Below, in pieces: positions 21,066 to 33,242 of a DNA stretch of 64,000 bases. Position 1 is the first letter of the stretch. Every line of letters begins with the position of its first letter. This DNA comes from Candidatus Marinacidobacterales bacterium. Its GTDB lineage: Bacteria > Acidobacteriota > Vicinamibacteria > Marinacidobacterales > SMYC01. The DNA lies in the NCBI GenBank assembly GCA_965224085.1, contig CBDCYI010000005.1:2208001-2272000 (forward strand), in the 5' to 3' direction. The notes beneath the pieces were generated by a model. That model was not told the DNA's origin. It saw nothing but the letters and a program-made list of their open reading frames with translations, and made no database searches. The position numbers and the translations under genes were made by a program.

Positions 21066-21871
21066 GGTATTGTCAAGTTGACGTTGAGCGAGCGAACCTA
21101 TTGCGTCGAGCTGATTTCCTTTGCTCTCATCGGACGGCACAGGTTACCTCCTGCCAGACGATGAAAGCGCGGTCTCGTAGCTCCCGATGATGATGCGCTT
21201 GCAACAAATGCCGTCCGACGCGAAAGAGGTTTTGCACGAGTCCATGCACGGTCAAGAATCGTTGCGCCTGCCCAGGAGTTTTAAACTTCCGCATCTGTCG
21301 TTCCCGTTGTCGCGTCGGTTCGTGCGAGACTTCGGCTAGGTTGTTTCTGTACTGGTCAGTGTCGTGGACGACGGACGGCATGACCTCGCGGTGAGCGGCG
21401 CTGTAGCTTCTCAGTTTGTCGGTGACCAGCTGCCAGGGCGGACGGCCTTGCCCTTTCAACAGCTTGCGGAAGAATCGTTTGGCGGCTTTTTGATCACGGC
21501 GAGGCTGGACGAGGATATCAATCACATCACCATCTTGGTCTACCGCGCGCCAGAGGTATTGGCGTTCGCCTTGTATCTTTATGAAGACCTCGTCCAGGAG
21601 CCACGTGTCACCAAGGCGACCCTGCCGACGCTTCAGTCGCCGAGCGTATTCCGGCCCGAACTTGATGCACCAAAGTCGGATCGCTTCGTAGGAAACCGTG
21701 ATGCCTCGCTGAGCAAGCAGCTCTTCGACGTTTCGAAAGCTCACGCAGAATCGGTGGTAGAGCCAGACGGCGTGGCTGATGATTTCCGGTGGAAATCGAT
21801 AGCCGTGGTAGCTTGGCGCATCGGTCTTCATTGGACCATTCTGTCAGTCACCAGCTCAATTTGACAGCAAT
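21066..21871 (-). mobile_element. IS6 family element
   Basis: GGTATTGTCAAGTTGA at 21066 and imperfect TCAATTTGACAGCAA at 21856; no TSD seen. Confidence 0.88.
21127..21831 (-). CDS. IS6 family transposase (intact, 234 aa)
   Basis: YRFPPEII, WLLDEVF, YLWRAVDQDG, TDKLRSY and NNLAEVSHEPTR. Confidence 0.92.
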   Translation of the reverse strand: MKTDAPSYHGYRFPPEIISHAVWLYHRFCVSFRNVEELLAQRGITVSYEAIRLWCIKFGPEYARRLKRRQGRLGDTWLLDEVFIKIQGERQYLWRAVDQDGDVIDILVQPRRDQKAAKRFFRKLLKGQGRPPWQLVTDKLRSYSAAHREVMPSVVHDTDQYRNNLAEVSHEPTRQRERQMRKFKTPGQAQRFLTVHGLVQNLFRVGRHLLQAHHHRELRDRAFIVWQEVTCAVR

Positions 21872-22138
21872 GGCACCGCCCGTGCGGGCGGAGGTCATCG
21901 GGGAGTGACCGAAATCGTTCGTTCACTCGAAAGTACCGAAGAAAGGGGTTTCAGAGTTATGGCGAGATTTCGCGATGCTCCCGCGTTCGAGATAGTTCTC
22001 GGGCTGCTCATCCTCGGCTTTACTCTTTAAGCGATACGACGATATCAGTCGAGCGAACGTGACGAAGGTACCTATGAAGTACCTGAATACCAGTTCGAGA
22101 GCCCTAGCCGTCAGCGACTGAGACTCACGCGGCTCGCG

Positions 22139-22795
22139 CTACCAGACGTAGCGTCTTATGCGGGCACGTTGTTTCAGCCCGTCGAGCCACTGCTCTACGC
22201 GCTCGTTGAACTTCTGCTCTTCGAGTATGCGGCGGACTTGGTCGACTTCTTCGAGCGTCGGCGCGCGTTCAGCGGGGAGCTCGGAAATCACCTCGGCGTC
22301 GAAAAAGCTCTGGATTTCCTCTTCGGTGACATGGGTGAGAGCGCGGAACCGGCGCTCGACGTAGCGGTTGACCGTGAGCTGACGACGGAGCTCGGAGAAT
22401 AGCTCTTGCTCGCTAATGCCGCGCTCGACGAGCATCGTCTCGAAAGCGTTCTCGCTACCGAGCCCTTCTTGCAGTGACGCTACCGCCTCGAGCACAAGCT
22501 CCTCAGGCAAAGGATCGTCCGTGAAGCGCAACACGTCCCGCTCGATGAGCCGCGCCTCGATGAGCCGCTCCACCACATCCGCGAGGGCGACGTTGTCGAC
22601 GCCTCGAAGCTCGAGAAACCCCAGAGCTTGCTCCGCCTCTGAAAGCGTCACCACATCGCGATCGATGATCGCCACAATCCGATCCACCAACTCCGGCTCC
22701 GAAAAACCGAACGCCGCCCAAAGCAAGAGGAGAGCAACGAAAAAGACCAGCTTGAATGCTGAATGCCGAATGCTGAAACTTGACTTAAAATGCAT
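22139..22795 (-). CDS. SurA N-terminal domain-like periplasmic chaperone
   Basis: VDRIVAIIDRDVVTLSE ... WLDGLKQRARI; last gene of the tamB-tamA operon. Confidence 0.75.
   Translation of the reverse strand: MHFKSSFSIRHSAFKLVFFVALLLLWAAFGFSEPELVDRIVAIIDRDVVTLSEAEQALGFLELRGVDNVALADVVERLIEARLIERDVLRFTDDPLPEELVLEAVASLQEGLGSENAFETMLVERGISEQELFSELRRQLTVNRYVERRFRALTHVTEEEIQSFFDAEVISELPAERAPTLEEVDQVRRILEEQKFNERVEQWLDGLKQRARIRRYVW
22754..22777 (+). repeat. Heptamer tandem repeat (GAATGCY)x3; two further copies at 63427-63440
   Basis: GAATGCT GAATGCC GAATGCT GAA. Confidence 0.6.
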
Positions 22796-25631
22796 GGCCC
22801 AAACTGATATGCAACCGCCCGAACGGCTCCGTGCAAGGAGTCGTGACGTCTGGGCAAGTGACGGAATGACGGGTCCGTCGGTCGAGCTTCATCCCGTAGT
22901 CGACCCGCAAAGGACCGAGCGGCGTGTCGAAGCGAAAACCGAACCCGACGTTATAGCGCCAGTTCACAAGCTTGAGGATCTGTAGGCGTCGATAGACGGT
23001 GCCGTTGTCGGAGAAAAGGACCCCGCGCAAATTGCCAAAAATCGGAAAGCGCAGCTCGAGGTTGAGCAGTGCGAGCACGTTGCCGCCGACAGGCTCACCA
23101 TCGACGATGATCGTTTTGTCACCAATATTTACCGGAATCTTCGCCTTCGGGCTTGCCTGGTCGAGCGCGAATCCGCGAAGCGTCGTCGCGCCGCCCGCCC
23201 AGAAGCGCTCGGCGATGGGTAAGAGCGCATCACGATCTTCGCGGAACGTCTGACCGATACCGACGCGTAGGCCGAGCGCTAGGACCATGTTCTTCGGCAC
23301 CTTGAAATATAAAAACTGCTGCGCGAGTCCCTTCAAATACGGCGCCTCGGTGCCCAGAATCCGAGAGGACCATTCGAGATCGAGAATCCGAAACTGGCCC
23401 GCCGAAGGGTTGAGAGGATCGTCTCGTCGATCCATCACCGAGGCGGCCGAGAGCGAGGCGACGCGTACGTTGCGGAAGCGACGGTCGATCTCGTCTATAT
23501 CGACGAGAAGGTTGAAGATTTTCGTGCGGTCGAAGCGATAGCGGAACAACAGGTTCTGATGCTCGCTGAGGCGTTTCGATATCTGGAGGCCAACACCGAC
23601 GCGGTTGTAGTCGAAGCTCGTCCGCTGCTCTTCTTCCGCAAACAAGCTCACGAAGAGCGGCAGGTTCGAAACGAAGCTGTCGGGCTGGCGGTAGGTCGTG
23701 ATGAAGCGGCTGCCACGAAAGCTCGCACGGGTAAAAACACTCACGGTACGGTTACGTCCGAAGAGATTTCGGCGCGTGATCTCGAACTCCGCGCGCCCGA
23801 GCTGCCTCTCCTCGAAACCGAATCCATAAGCGAAGGTCGTGCGTGGGCCCTCTTCGACGGAGATGAGAATATCGCTGCGATTCGTGATCGGATCGGCGGG
23901 AAGAACTTCGATGTCCACGCTGCGAAAAAGCCCCGACGAGACAAGCTGCTGGCGCGTCTCCAGAATGGAAACGGGCGACAACGGCTCTCCCGTGTCGAGC
24001 GTAACGAGCTGGCGCACCGAAGACTCCTTTGTGACATCGAGGCCTGTGACGATGATGCGGTCGACCCGGGTGCGCTCGCCTTCACGAACACTGAAATCGA
24101 CCCTAGCCTTGGTTCCCCTCTCGTTCCAAGTCGTCGATGACTGCACGTCGACTTGGCGAAAGCCTTCGCTGTAGTAATGCGTCACGATGCGGTCGCGGGC
24201 CTCGACGATGCCGGTAGCGTCGAACGGCCCGCCCGGCTCGAGTCTGGAAACGCGAATCACTTCGGCGGGCTCAATCGCGGCTGCGCCTGCGACGTCGACG
24301 GCCTCGATCCCCGCTCTGGGACCCGGGTCGACATGGGCGACGAGGGTGAGCCTGGACGGGTTCTCGGGCGCGGTGCGAAGCTCGCCGTCGACGCGCACGC
24401 GGTGATAGCCGTTTCTCTCCATATAGCTTCGAATGACTTTGACGTCCTGCTCCCAGAGATCCTCATGAAAAGGTGCCGCGCGAAATCGGCGACGGGTCGG
24501 TGTGGCCAATAGCGGGCGGATCTCTGCTTCCAAGGCAGCGTCGAGCCCCTCGAGCTCGATGGCGACGACGTCGTAGCGCAGGCCGGTGTCGACGACGAAT
24601 CTCAAGTAGAGATAGCGGCCTTCCGACGTGCTCTCGCGCTCGGTCTCGACGCTCGCGTCACGATAGCCTTCCTCGACGAGATGGTCTCGGAGATTGACGC
24701 GGGATTCCTCGATGAGGTCTTCCGTCAATCGGCTCTCACCGTAGAGCGGCACGAGCCGCTCGAGCGTCTTTTTGGAAAGGTCACCCCCTATGACCTCGAT
24801 GTGAACGCGGGGGCCGAGCTCGGCGGTGAGGTGCAAGTCGACGAGGGCGCCTTCGCCAGGCGTCGCGTCGACTTCGATCCGCGCGCGGTAAAAGCCGCGT
24901 TCGTGCCACTCGTTGGCGATTTTCTCGACGCTCGCGTCGAGCTCCGCTTTGGAGTACATACCGCCTTCACTTATTTTGAGCTCTCGCCGAACATGCGCTT
25001 CCACATAAGGTGCGACCCCGGTAACATCGAGGGCGGAAACGCGCGCCTGCTGCCCTGATTCGATGTGAAAGACGACGGTGGCGGTCGGGGACTCAAACGA
25101 AGCTTCCGGCTCCACTTCGGCCCACAAGAAGCCTTCTTCTCGAAGCAGCGTCCGAATGCGCGCGGCCGCCGTGCTCAGAAGCTCGACGTCCAGAGGATCT
25201 CCGGGACGAAGGTGACTCTCGTCGATCAAGCGCGGCTCGAGCTGCTTTAGACGTGTGCTCACACCCTCGACGCCCGTGACTTCTACTCCGGTTACTTCGA
25301 CGCGAGGATATAGATGAAAAATAACGTCGACTTCCTGGCCGTTCTCGACACGATCGGCTTCGACCTTGACGTCGCTGAACTTGTCCAGAGCGAAGAGCTG
25401 CCGGATGGAGCGGCGTATCGCCTCGGGGCTATAGATGTCGCCGGGCACGATATCGATGAGCTCGCGTGTTGCCTCGGGGAGCTGCGTGTCTCGAAGCGCC
25501 AAACGAACGTCGCGCACCCGCGCACCGCGATAGCTCTCGCTCGCTCGCTCGCGAGCTGTTTGGGCCGAAAGGCTCGTGGCCCCTAGGCAAGCCCAAAGGA
25601 GAGCTATGCCAGAAGCGATGAACCGGACCAT
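22785..25631 (-). CDS. Omp85 family BamA/TamA-like protein with multiple POTRA domains
   Basis: POTRA repeats, RNLFG, ERFWAGGATTLRGF, TPLGPLRVDYG and C-terminal F; TGATG overlap with tamB. Confidence 0.9.
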   Translation of the reverse strand: MVRFIASGIALLWACLGATSLSAQTARERASESYRGARVRDVRLALRDTQLPEATRELIDIVPGDIYSPEAIRRSIRQLFALDKFSDVKVEADRVENGQEVDVIFHLYPRVEVTGVEVTGVEGVSTRLKQLEPRLIDESHLRPGDPLDVELLSTAAARIRTLLREEGFLWAEVEPEASFESPTATVVFHIESGQQARVSALDVTGVAPYVEAHVRRELKISEGGMYSKAELDASVEKIANEWHERGFYRARIEVDATPGEGALVDLHLTAELGPRVHIEVIGGDLSKKTLERLVPLYGESRLTEDLIEESRVNLRDHLVEEGYRDASVETERESTSEGRYLYLRFVVDTGLRYDVVAIELEGLDAALEAEIRPLLATPTRRRFRAAPFHEDLWEQDVKVIRSYMERNGYHRVRVDGELRTAPENPSRLTLVAHVDPGPRAGIEAVDVAGAAAIEPAEVIRVSRLEPGGPFDATGIVEARDRIVTHYYSEGFRQVDVQSSTTWNERGTKARVDFSVREGERTRVDRIIVTGLDVTKESSVRQLVTLDTGEPLSPVSILETRQQLVSSGLFRSVDIEVLPADPITNRSDILISVEEGPRTTFAYGFGFEERQLGRAEFEITRRNLFGRNRTVSVFTRASFRGSRFITTYRQPDSFVSNLPLFVSLFAEEEQRTSFDYNRVGVGLQISKRLSEHQNLLFRYRFDRTKIFNLLVDIDEIDRRFRNVRVASLSAASVMDRRDDPLNPSAGQFRILDLEWSSRILGTEAPYLKGLAQQFLYFKVPKNMVLALGLRVGIGQTFREDRDALLPIAERFWAGGATTLRGFALDQASPKAKIPVNIGDKTIIVDGEPVGGNVLALLNLELRFPIFGNLRGVLFSDNGTVYRRLQILKLVNWRYNVGFGFRFDTPLGPLRVDYGMKLDRRTRHSVTCPDVTTPCTEPFGRLHISLGHAF

Positions 25632-28600
25632 CAGAAACTCTTGCGAAACTTGACGTCGATGCCGATGTCGCCGTCTTCGTCCCGAGAGAGAATCCAAGAC
25701 ATACTACCCTCGGGCGTGTACTCGATGACGATGATGGCTTCTTGCGTCGAGTTGAGGTTCGACGAGTAGTTGATGCTCAAATCGCGCGTAATTTGTTTTC
25801 CGAGGCTGACGCGCGCAGTGGGGTTGGCGAAGCGGCCCACGAGAAAGGGATCGATGCTGAATCGGTCGAGACCAAAGAGTCGCTCGGCGCGTCGGCCGAA
25901 TTCCGCGGTGAGGCGCTCGGTGAGGAGCGACGCCACACCGACACCGGCGAGCTCCTCTTCCTCGGTGCCGATGAGAATATCGCGCTCGTTCGCGCCCGAA
26001 AGGAGCCGTAAAATGTCCACCGTGCGAAGCGGCGGGTCGGAGCTGAGCTCGGGGTAGAAGCGATCGACCGTTCCCGTCAGCTTCAGCTCGACGCGGTAGC
26101 TACGAACGCGGGTCTCCGCCGTCAGCTCGATAAAGGGCTCGACCTTCGTCGGGTCGACGAAATCCACTTTTCCCGCAGTGATGTCGTAGCGCTGACCCAG
26201 GAAGAAAACCTCGCCTCGCTGCGCTTCCGCGGTTCCGAGAAGAACGGGGTCCGCCACCGTTCCCCGAAGCTCGATCTCGGCGCTCGCGTCGATCTCTACA
26301 AGAGAGTTTCTGAGCCGAAGGCTTTCAGGAGCCACGATAGTGACGTTGAAGCGAAGCTTCTCGAGAAACGCAGCGCCTTCTAGCTCCTCGAATAGCGCGA
26401 GCCCTTCGCTATCCGAAAGAATGCCGGACACGATGTCGTACTCGCGCGACCAAACGGCTTCGCGGAGGGTCACCCGGCCGCTCAAAACTTGTTCGTCCCG
26501 ACTCCCGACGAGCGAGAGCTCCGCATCGAGGGTTGCCACGAGTCCTTCGGGATAGCGAAGCCGCATTTCCGTGCCGCTCGCTCGAAGGTCGAGCGAGCCC
26601 GGTCTCAAGTCTTCCAGCGAGATAGCGCCTGCGATGGTGATCGGTCCCGATCCGAAAACGCCGGTAAGCTTGGGGATGCGGATCGTTCGATTGTCGAATA
26701 CGAGGCGGCCGCGCAAGTCGCCAATGGTTTGGCGAAAGCCTTCGACCCTCAACGAGCTTCCGGCTAGGTCGGCGTGGCCGCTCAGAGACGGTCGGTCCCA
26801 GCTGCCCGTAATGCGAGCGGAGAGATCGACGTCTCCCGTCGCGGCGATGCCGGGATAAAAAGACCCCAATAAGCCGAGAGTCGTCACTCCTTCCGCACGC
26901 AAATCGAGAGTCTTCGCGCGGAAGTTCACCGCGCCACCCACGCCCACACGGCTCGTATCCTCCGCGAGCGAGAGCGTCGGGATGTGGAGAACGCCATCCG
27001 CCAAGTGCACCTCGATAGGCGCGAGAGAGCCGAGGCGAAAGCTCTCGCTCTCGACGGACACGTTCGCGAGCGTGGCATCGAGGCTCGCGGTCTCGGGCCG
27101 CTTCAAATCCACGGCGAAGCTCGAATGGCCGCTCGCACGAATCCGCACAGGTTGCGGAAGCCATTCAGACATGCGGTCGAGCCACGGGCCGACATCGAGG
27201 TCTTGGAAGCGGACGGTACCCGAGGCAGGGAAATCGCCCTCGAGCCGGCTCGTCACCTCGAGCGCGAGGCGCTCGTCGAGCTCGATCGAAAGCTCGAGCT
27301 CTGTACCTCCCAGCCGTCCCGAGAGAGAGGCTTCGCCGAGCGACTTCCCGCCGAGCAATAACTCGCGCGCGCGCCCGCGCAGATCGACGACAGGAACATC
27401 CACGCGTCCGGCGATAGTGGCTTCGATCTCGAGGCGACCGTCGAGGTCCCGATCGAGAACGGTGTGTCCGGTGAGAGCAAAGCTGTCGGTTGAAAGCGTT
27501 CCTTCGATGACACCGGTCTCTACGTCCATAGTGAGATGGCCACCGATGCTCGATTGGCGTTGTACGAGCTCGGCGTCCTCGAGCTTTATCGTCGTCCCGT
27601 CGAAGACAGCGCTAGCCGTGGCGCGGTCGAACGGCTCGCCAAAAAAAACGGGCTCGACAATCGTCAAACTCGCCGTCCCGGCGAGCTCACCGCCGATACG
27701 GGCTACATCGAGATCGCCCGACGTGAGACCCTCGACGGATTCTGACCTGTCGAGAAACGTGGAGAGATCCGAAGCGGGCCAGTCCGAGAAGCGAAGGCTG
27801 ACGTCGAAATCGCGCCCGTCGAACGGACCTTCGAGCGAAAACTCGCCCGCGCCGGCGACGACGCCTCCATTTTTGTTCGCGACGAGGTCTTCGAATCGCA
27901 GCACCTCGCGCGACAGCACGCCCCGGCTCCGCACGTCTCGGATGAGCAAGCGATCGAACTGCAGTACTCCGGCGGCGACCTCCCCATCGAAAGTGAAATG
28001 AGGGACGCGTTCGCTCAGCCGGCCGCGGGCGAAACCTGTGCCGGAGATACCCCAAGGCTCGGGGTCGGGCTCGCCGTCGGGCCGAAGCAATCGCCGAACG
28101 TCACGCGCGAGCTCGTCCGTGCGCGCCAGATTGTCGGAGCGTACATTGACAAAGAGCTCGGCGGAGCCGAACCGTGGGTAGAGACCCGACAAGGTGCCCG
28201 ACACGGCATCGGTATCGACCCGGGCAGACTCGATCTCGATATCGCCGTCCTGCACACGCCCCGAAACCTCGAAAGCCATGGTCTCGGCGTCGCTCGGCAT
28301 TGTTCCCTTCAGGCCCTTCATGCCCCTCAGCTCGAACGTGCCGGTCGAGCGGTGCGGCTCGGTGGCGGGGAAGCTCAGGCTAAAGCGGCCAGACACCAAC
28401 GAGTCGACAGGGCTCCGGCGTCCGCGTATACCAGCCACCATTTCGGCCAGGGCGGTGCCTTCGATGGCGATTTCGAGGGAAGCCGGGTGATCGGCGGGAG
28501 GCAAGGCTTGGTGCAGCTCAACGCGACCTCGTCCCGAGGCGACGACACCTTCGGCGCCGCTCAGCTGTAGGAGCTGTCGGTCCCAGAAGACCTGGCCGGT

Positions 28601-29530
28601 CCAATCGGAGGCGGCGACACCGAGTACCCGGCCGCGCCCCCACCGAACCGACCCTTCGAGCCGCTTGTTCTCGGGCGATAGATCCAAAGTTCCGTTGAAC
28701 GCCATCATCCCCGTTATCGCGTGGGGGTTCGACGAGACCCCGAAGATCGAAGCCACGGCGCGTTCGACGGGACCTTCCGCTGAAACCTCGAAGCGGCCGC
28801 GCACGCCGCCTCCGAGTCCCAACTTGCCCTTTGCGCGTAGCTCTCCTAACTCGGAGAGAGCGTGCGCTTCGTGGAGCAAGAGCTCGCCCGCCGCGATCTC
28901 GAACTCCGCGGACACGCTGCCCCGCATCTCGGGATGATCTTTGATGACAAGGTTGCCGTCTTCGTAATCCAGCCTTCCCGCGTAGCTACCCGAGCCCCCG
29001 CGCTCGACGGAGATACCCAAGTTCGTGGCTTCGAGCCGCCACGGGACAGTCTCGTTTGCGAGCAGGATAGTCGCATCTTCGAGCGCTACCCGATCCGCGG
29101 AGATGGAAACGCGCGTCTCCCCGGCAGTGCGGGCCAAAGAAACGCCGTCCTCGGAGCCCTCCGACACGCGGAGCACCAGCCCTTGCACGAGGAGCTCCGT
29201 CCAATGGAGGCGAAAACGCAGGATTTCGGACAAGCGCAGCTGGCCCCAAACGCGGTCCACCGTCAAAAGAGGGTCGTCGTCGGGTCCCTCGACGGAGATA
29301 TCTCTCAGTTCGAAGGCGTAGCGGGTCAAGTATAGGTCAATCGACCCAATCGTGACCGGAGCGCCCGCAACAGCCGAAAGCTCGGTTTCTAACTGTTGGC
29401 GCAGCGTCTCTGGGTAGTCGAAGAAAATGAGATAGGTCGCAAAGACGAGCAGCAGAACGGCGGCCACGGACGCGAAAGCCGCAATGAGCCAGCCGATAAA
29501 CCGCACGAAACGTCGATGTCGGCTGACCAT
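25631..29530 (-). CDS. tamB: Translocation/assembly module TamB (DUF490) protein
   Basis: N-terminal TM anchor, long beta-rich body, C-terminal LSSDPPL...FGLDRFSIDP...GKQIT. Confidence 0.88.
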   Translation of the reverse strand: MVSRHRRFVRFIGWLIAAFASVAAVLLLVFATYLIFFDYPETLRQQLETELSAVAGAPVTIGSIDLYLTRYAFELRDISVEGPDDDPLLTVDRVWGQLRLSEILRFRLHWTELLVQGLVLRVSEGSEDGVSLARTAGETRVSISADRVALEDATILLANETVPWRLEATNLGISVERGGSGSYAGRLDYEDGNLVIKDHPEMRGSVSAEFEIAAGELLLHEAHALSELGELRAKGKLGLGGGVRGRFEVSAEGPVERAVASIFGVSSNPHAITGMMAFNGTLDLSPENKRLEGSVRWGRGRVLGVAASDWTGQVFWDRQLLQLSGAEGVVASGRGRVELHQALPPADHPASLEIAIEGTALAEMVAGIRGRRSPVDSLVSGRFSLSFPATEPHRSTGTFELRGMKGLKGTMPSDAETMAFEVSGRVQDGDIEIESARVDTDAVSGTLSGLYPRFGSAELFVNVRSDNLARTDELARDVRRLLRPDGEPDPEPWGISGTGFARGRLSERVPHFTFDGEVAAGVLQFDRLLIRDVRSRGVLSREVLRFEDLVANKNGGVVAGAGEFSLEGPFDGRDFDVSLRFSDWPASDLSTFLDRSESVEGLTSGDLDVARIGGELAGTASLTIVEPVFFGEPFDRATASAVFDGTTIKLEDAELVQRQSSIGGHLTMDVETGVIEGTLSTDSFALTGHTVLDRDLDGRLEIEATIAGRVDVPVVDLRGRARELLLGGKSLGEASLSGRLGGTELELSIELDERLALEVTSRLEGDFPASGTVRFQDLDVGPWLDRMSEWLPQPVRIRASGHSSFAVDLKRPETASLDATLANVSVESESFRLGSLAPIEVHLADGVLHIPTLSLAEDTSRVGVGGAVNFRAKTLDLRAEGVTTLGLLGSFYPGIAATGDVDLSARITGSWDRPSLSGHADLAGSSLRVEGFRQTIGDLRGRLVFDNRTIRIPKLTGVFGSGPITIAGAISLEDLRPGSLDLRASGTEMRLRYPEGLVATLDAELSLVGSRDEQVLSGRVTLREAVWSREYDIVSGILSDSEGLALFEELEGAAFLEKLRFNVTIVAPESLRLRNSLVEIDASAEIELRGTVADPVLLGTAEAQRGEVFFLGQRYDITAGKVDFVDPTKVEPFIELTAETRVRSYRVELKLTGTVDRFYPELSSDPPLRTVDILRLLSGANERDILIGTEEEELAGVGVASLLTERLTAEFGRRAERLFGLDRFSIDPFLVGRFANPTARVSLGKQITRDLSINYSSNLNSTQEAIIVIEYTPEGSMSWILSRDEDGDIGIDVKFRKSF

Positions 29531-29549
29531 TGTATTTGGGTTAATACAC

Positions 29550-30056
29550 CTAATTCGATTGCACGACGAATAGCGTCTCTCGCGCTTGAATCGCTTGCCC
29601 TTCTCGAACGCCAAGCTCCTTGAGCACACCGTCCTGTGGGCTTCGCATCTCGTTCTGCATTTTCATCGCTTCGAACAGCAGAATGGCCTGACCGGCTGCT
29701 ACCGTCTCACCCGTGGACGCGAGAAGCCTGACGACCCTGCCGGGCATCGGCGCTTTGACTTCGCTGCGCCCAGAAGTACTTTTACCCATGGCGCGTTCTT
29801 GGCGTTCGAGGCCGCTACCGAAGCGAAATCGCTCTCCTAGAACCTCGACGAGGACCTCCCCATTGTCTCGTTCGACATGGGCCTCATAGGACTTCCCGTC
29901 GATGAGAACAGACCAGGCAGAGCCCCCGCTTCGGACCACGCTCGCAGCAAATGGCGGCGAGCTCGAGCGCGCGCCGTAGCCCGCGCCTTCTTGCGTGAAC
30001 TCGACGACAAAGCCTTCTCCGTCAGGCAATGCGTGAAACTTCTTTTCGCGCGACAT
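29550..30056 (-). CDS. Biotin carboxyl carrier protein
   Basis: APMPGRV and EAMKM biotinylation motif. Confidence 0.92.
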   Translation of the reverse strand: MSREKKFHALPDGEGFVVEFTQEGAGYGARSSSPPFAASVVRSGGSAWSVLIDGKSYEAHVERDNGEVLVEVLGERFRFGSGLERQERAMGKSTSGRSEVKAPMPGRVVRLLASTGETVAAGQAILLFEAMKMQNEMRSPQDGVLKELGVREGQAIQARETLFVVQSN

Positions 30057-30061
30057 GCCCG

Positions 30062-31570
30062 CTACAGCCGATTCCCGACTTGCTCACGCAAGCCCATTTG
30101 CTTCCAGGCCGAGACTTTGGCTCTGGGACCCTCTCGCCTCGTCGCGTGCCGAGACGCATCCTCCGCTGCCGCGGCGGCGAGCGCGGCGGCGCAAAGCTCA
30201 GCACGCCTTTCTGAAGGACGAGCCGCGATCTCGCTCATCCAGTGGCGGTCTACGAAAGACACGTCGACGTCGCCGGCGATGAATCGCTCGTCCGCAAGCA
30301 TGCGCTCGAAAAACGGTAGGGTCGTTGCAATACCATCCACTTGATATTCCCGAACCGCTCGCCGTGCCCTACCAAGACAATGCATCCGGTCGTCCCCTGC
30401 TACGACCAGTTTAGCAATGAGTGGGTCGTAGTGTGGAGTCACTTCGCAGCCGGCATAGACCCCGCTGTCGTTGCGGATCCCCGGTCCCTCGGCGGCCCGA
30501 AGAAAGCGGATCCGGCCCGAGGACGGGGTGAAGTTCTGAAACGGGTCCTCTGCGGTAACGCGGAACTCCATCGCCCATCCGCGCGCATCGACGTCGGACT
30601 GCTCGAGCGGTAGCACCTCACCGCACGCGATCTGAAGCTGAAGGTGAACGAGGTCCCATCCGGTGACGAGCTCCGTTACCGGGTGCTCGACTTGAAGGCG
30701 GGCATTCATCTCCAGAAAATAGAAGTTGCGATCGGCATCGACGAGAAACTCCACCGTTCCCGCATTGACGTAGCCCGCCTCGCGCGCGAGGGCCACGGCG
30801 GCCTCACCCATACGGCGGCGAAGCGCATCATCCACGAAAGGCGAGGGGGCCTCCTCGATGAGCTTTTGATGCCGCCTTTGCACCGAGCACTCGCGCTCCA
30901 TTAGATGTACGGCGTTGCCGTTTCGGTCCGCAAGAACCTGAAACTCGATGTGGTGCGGCCGGTCGATGAACTTCTCGAGAAACACCGATGGGTTCGAGAA
31001 GCTCGACTGCGCCTCCGAGCTCGCTTGCTCGAAAGCCGAAGACAGCTCCTCGAGTACTCTCACTTGGCGCATGCCTTTACCACCACCCCCGGCAGTGGCT
31101 TTCACGAGAAGCGGGAATCCAACGCCGGGCGCTTTTTGGAGCGCGTCGTCGACGGAAGTCAACGCGCCGGTGCCCGGCACCGTGGGTACGCCCGCGCGCT
31201 CGGCGACGGCGCGGGCCTCCACCTTGTCACCCATGAGGTGTACCGCTTCCGCGGGCGGCCCGATAAAGACGAGACCGGCATCCACACACGCTCGCGCAAA
31301 GTCTGCGTTCTCCGCGAGAAAACCGTAGCCCGGATGAACGGCTTCGGCGCCGGCGCGCGCGGCGGCTTCGAGAATCTTGTCGACCCGGAGATAGCTCTCC
31401 GAAGACGGTGCGGGTCCGAGGCGGTAGGCTTCGTCTGCCAGACGCACGTGAAGGCTCTCTCGATCCGCATCCGAGTAGACGGCGGCCGAGCCCACCCCGA
31501 GCTCCCGCAAACCCCGCTCGATACGAACGGCAATTTCACCACGATTAGCGATCAGAACTTTTTTGAACAT
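30062..31570 (-). CDS. accC: Biotin carboxylase subunit of acyl-CoA carboxylase
   Basis: IANRGEIA, HPGYGFLAEN, GGGGKG, ECSVQRRHQK and MNARLQVEHPVTE. Confidence 0.95.
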   Translation of the reverse strand: MFKKVLIANRGEIAVRIERGLRELGVGSAAVYSDADRESLHVRLADEAYRLGPAPSSESYLRVDKILEAAARAGAEAVHPGYGFLAENADFARACVDAGLVFIGPPAEAVHLMGDKVEARAVAERAGVPTVPGTGALTSVDDALQKAPGVGFPLLVKATAGGGGKGMRQVRVLEELSSAFEQASSEAQSSFSNPSVFLEKFIDRPHHIEFQVLADRNGNAVHLMERECSVQRRHQKLIEEAPSPFVDDALRRRMGEAAVALAREAGYVNAGTVEFLVDADRNFYFLEMNARLQVEHPVTELVTGWDLVHLQLQIACGEVLPLEQSDVDARGWAMEFRVTAEDPFQNFTPSSGRIRFLRAAEGPGIRNDSGVYAGCEVTPHYDPLIAKLVVAGDDRMHCLGRARRAVREYQVDGIATTLPFFERMLADERFIAGDVDVSFVDRHWMSEIAARPSERRAELCAAALAAAAAEDASRHATRREGPRAKVSAWKQMGLREQVGNRL

Positions 31571-31689
31571 AGGCGTTTTGACTCGGTCGGTGGGACCAGT
31601 CGACATAACTCGATAGGACGTCGTCGGCTCGCCTTGTCAGCAACAAAAATGGCCTAGGCCTTCACCGACAGGATCAGCGGGTGCGAGCA

Positions 31690-33240
<1,551 letters not shown>

Positions 33241-33242
33241 GC

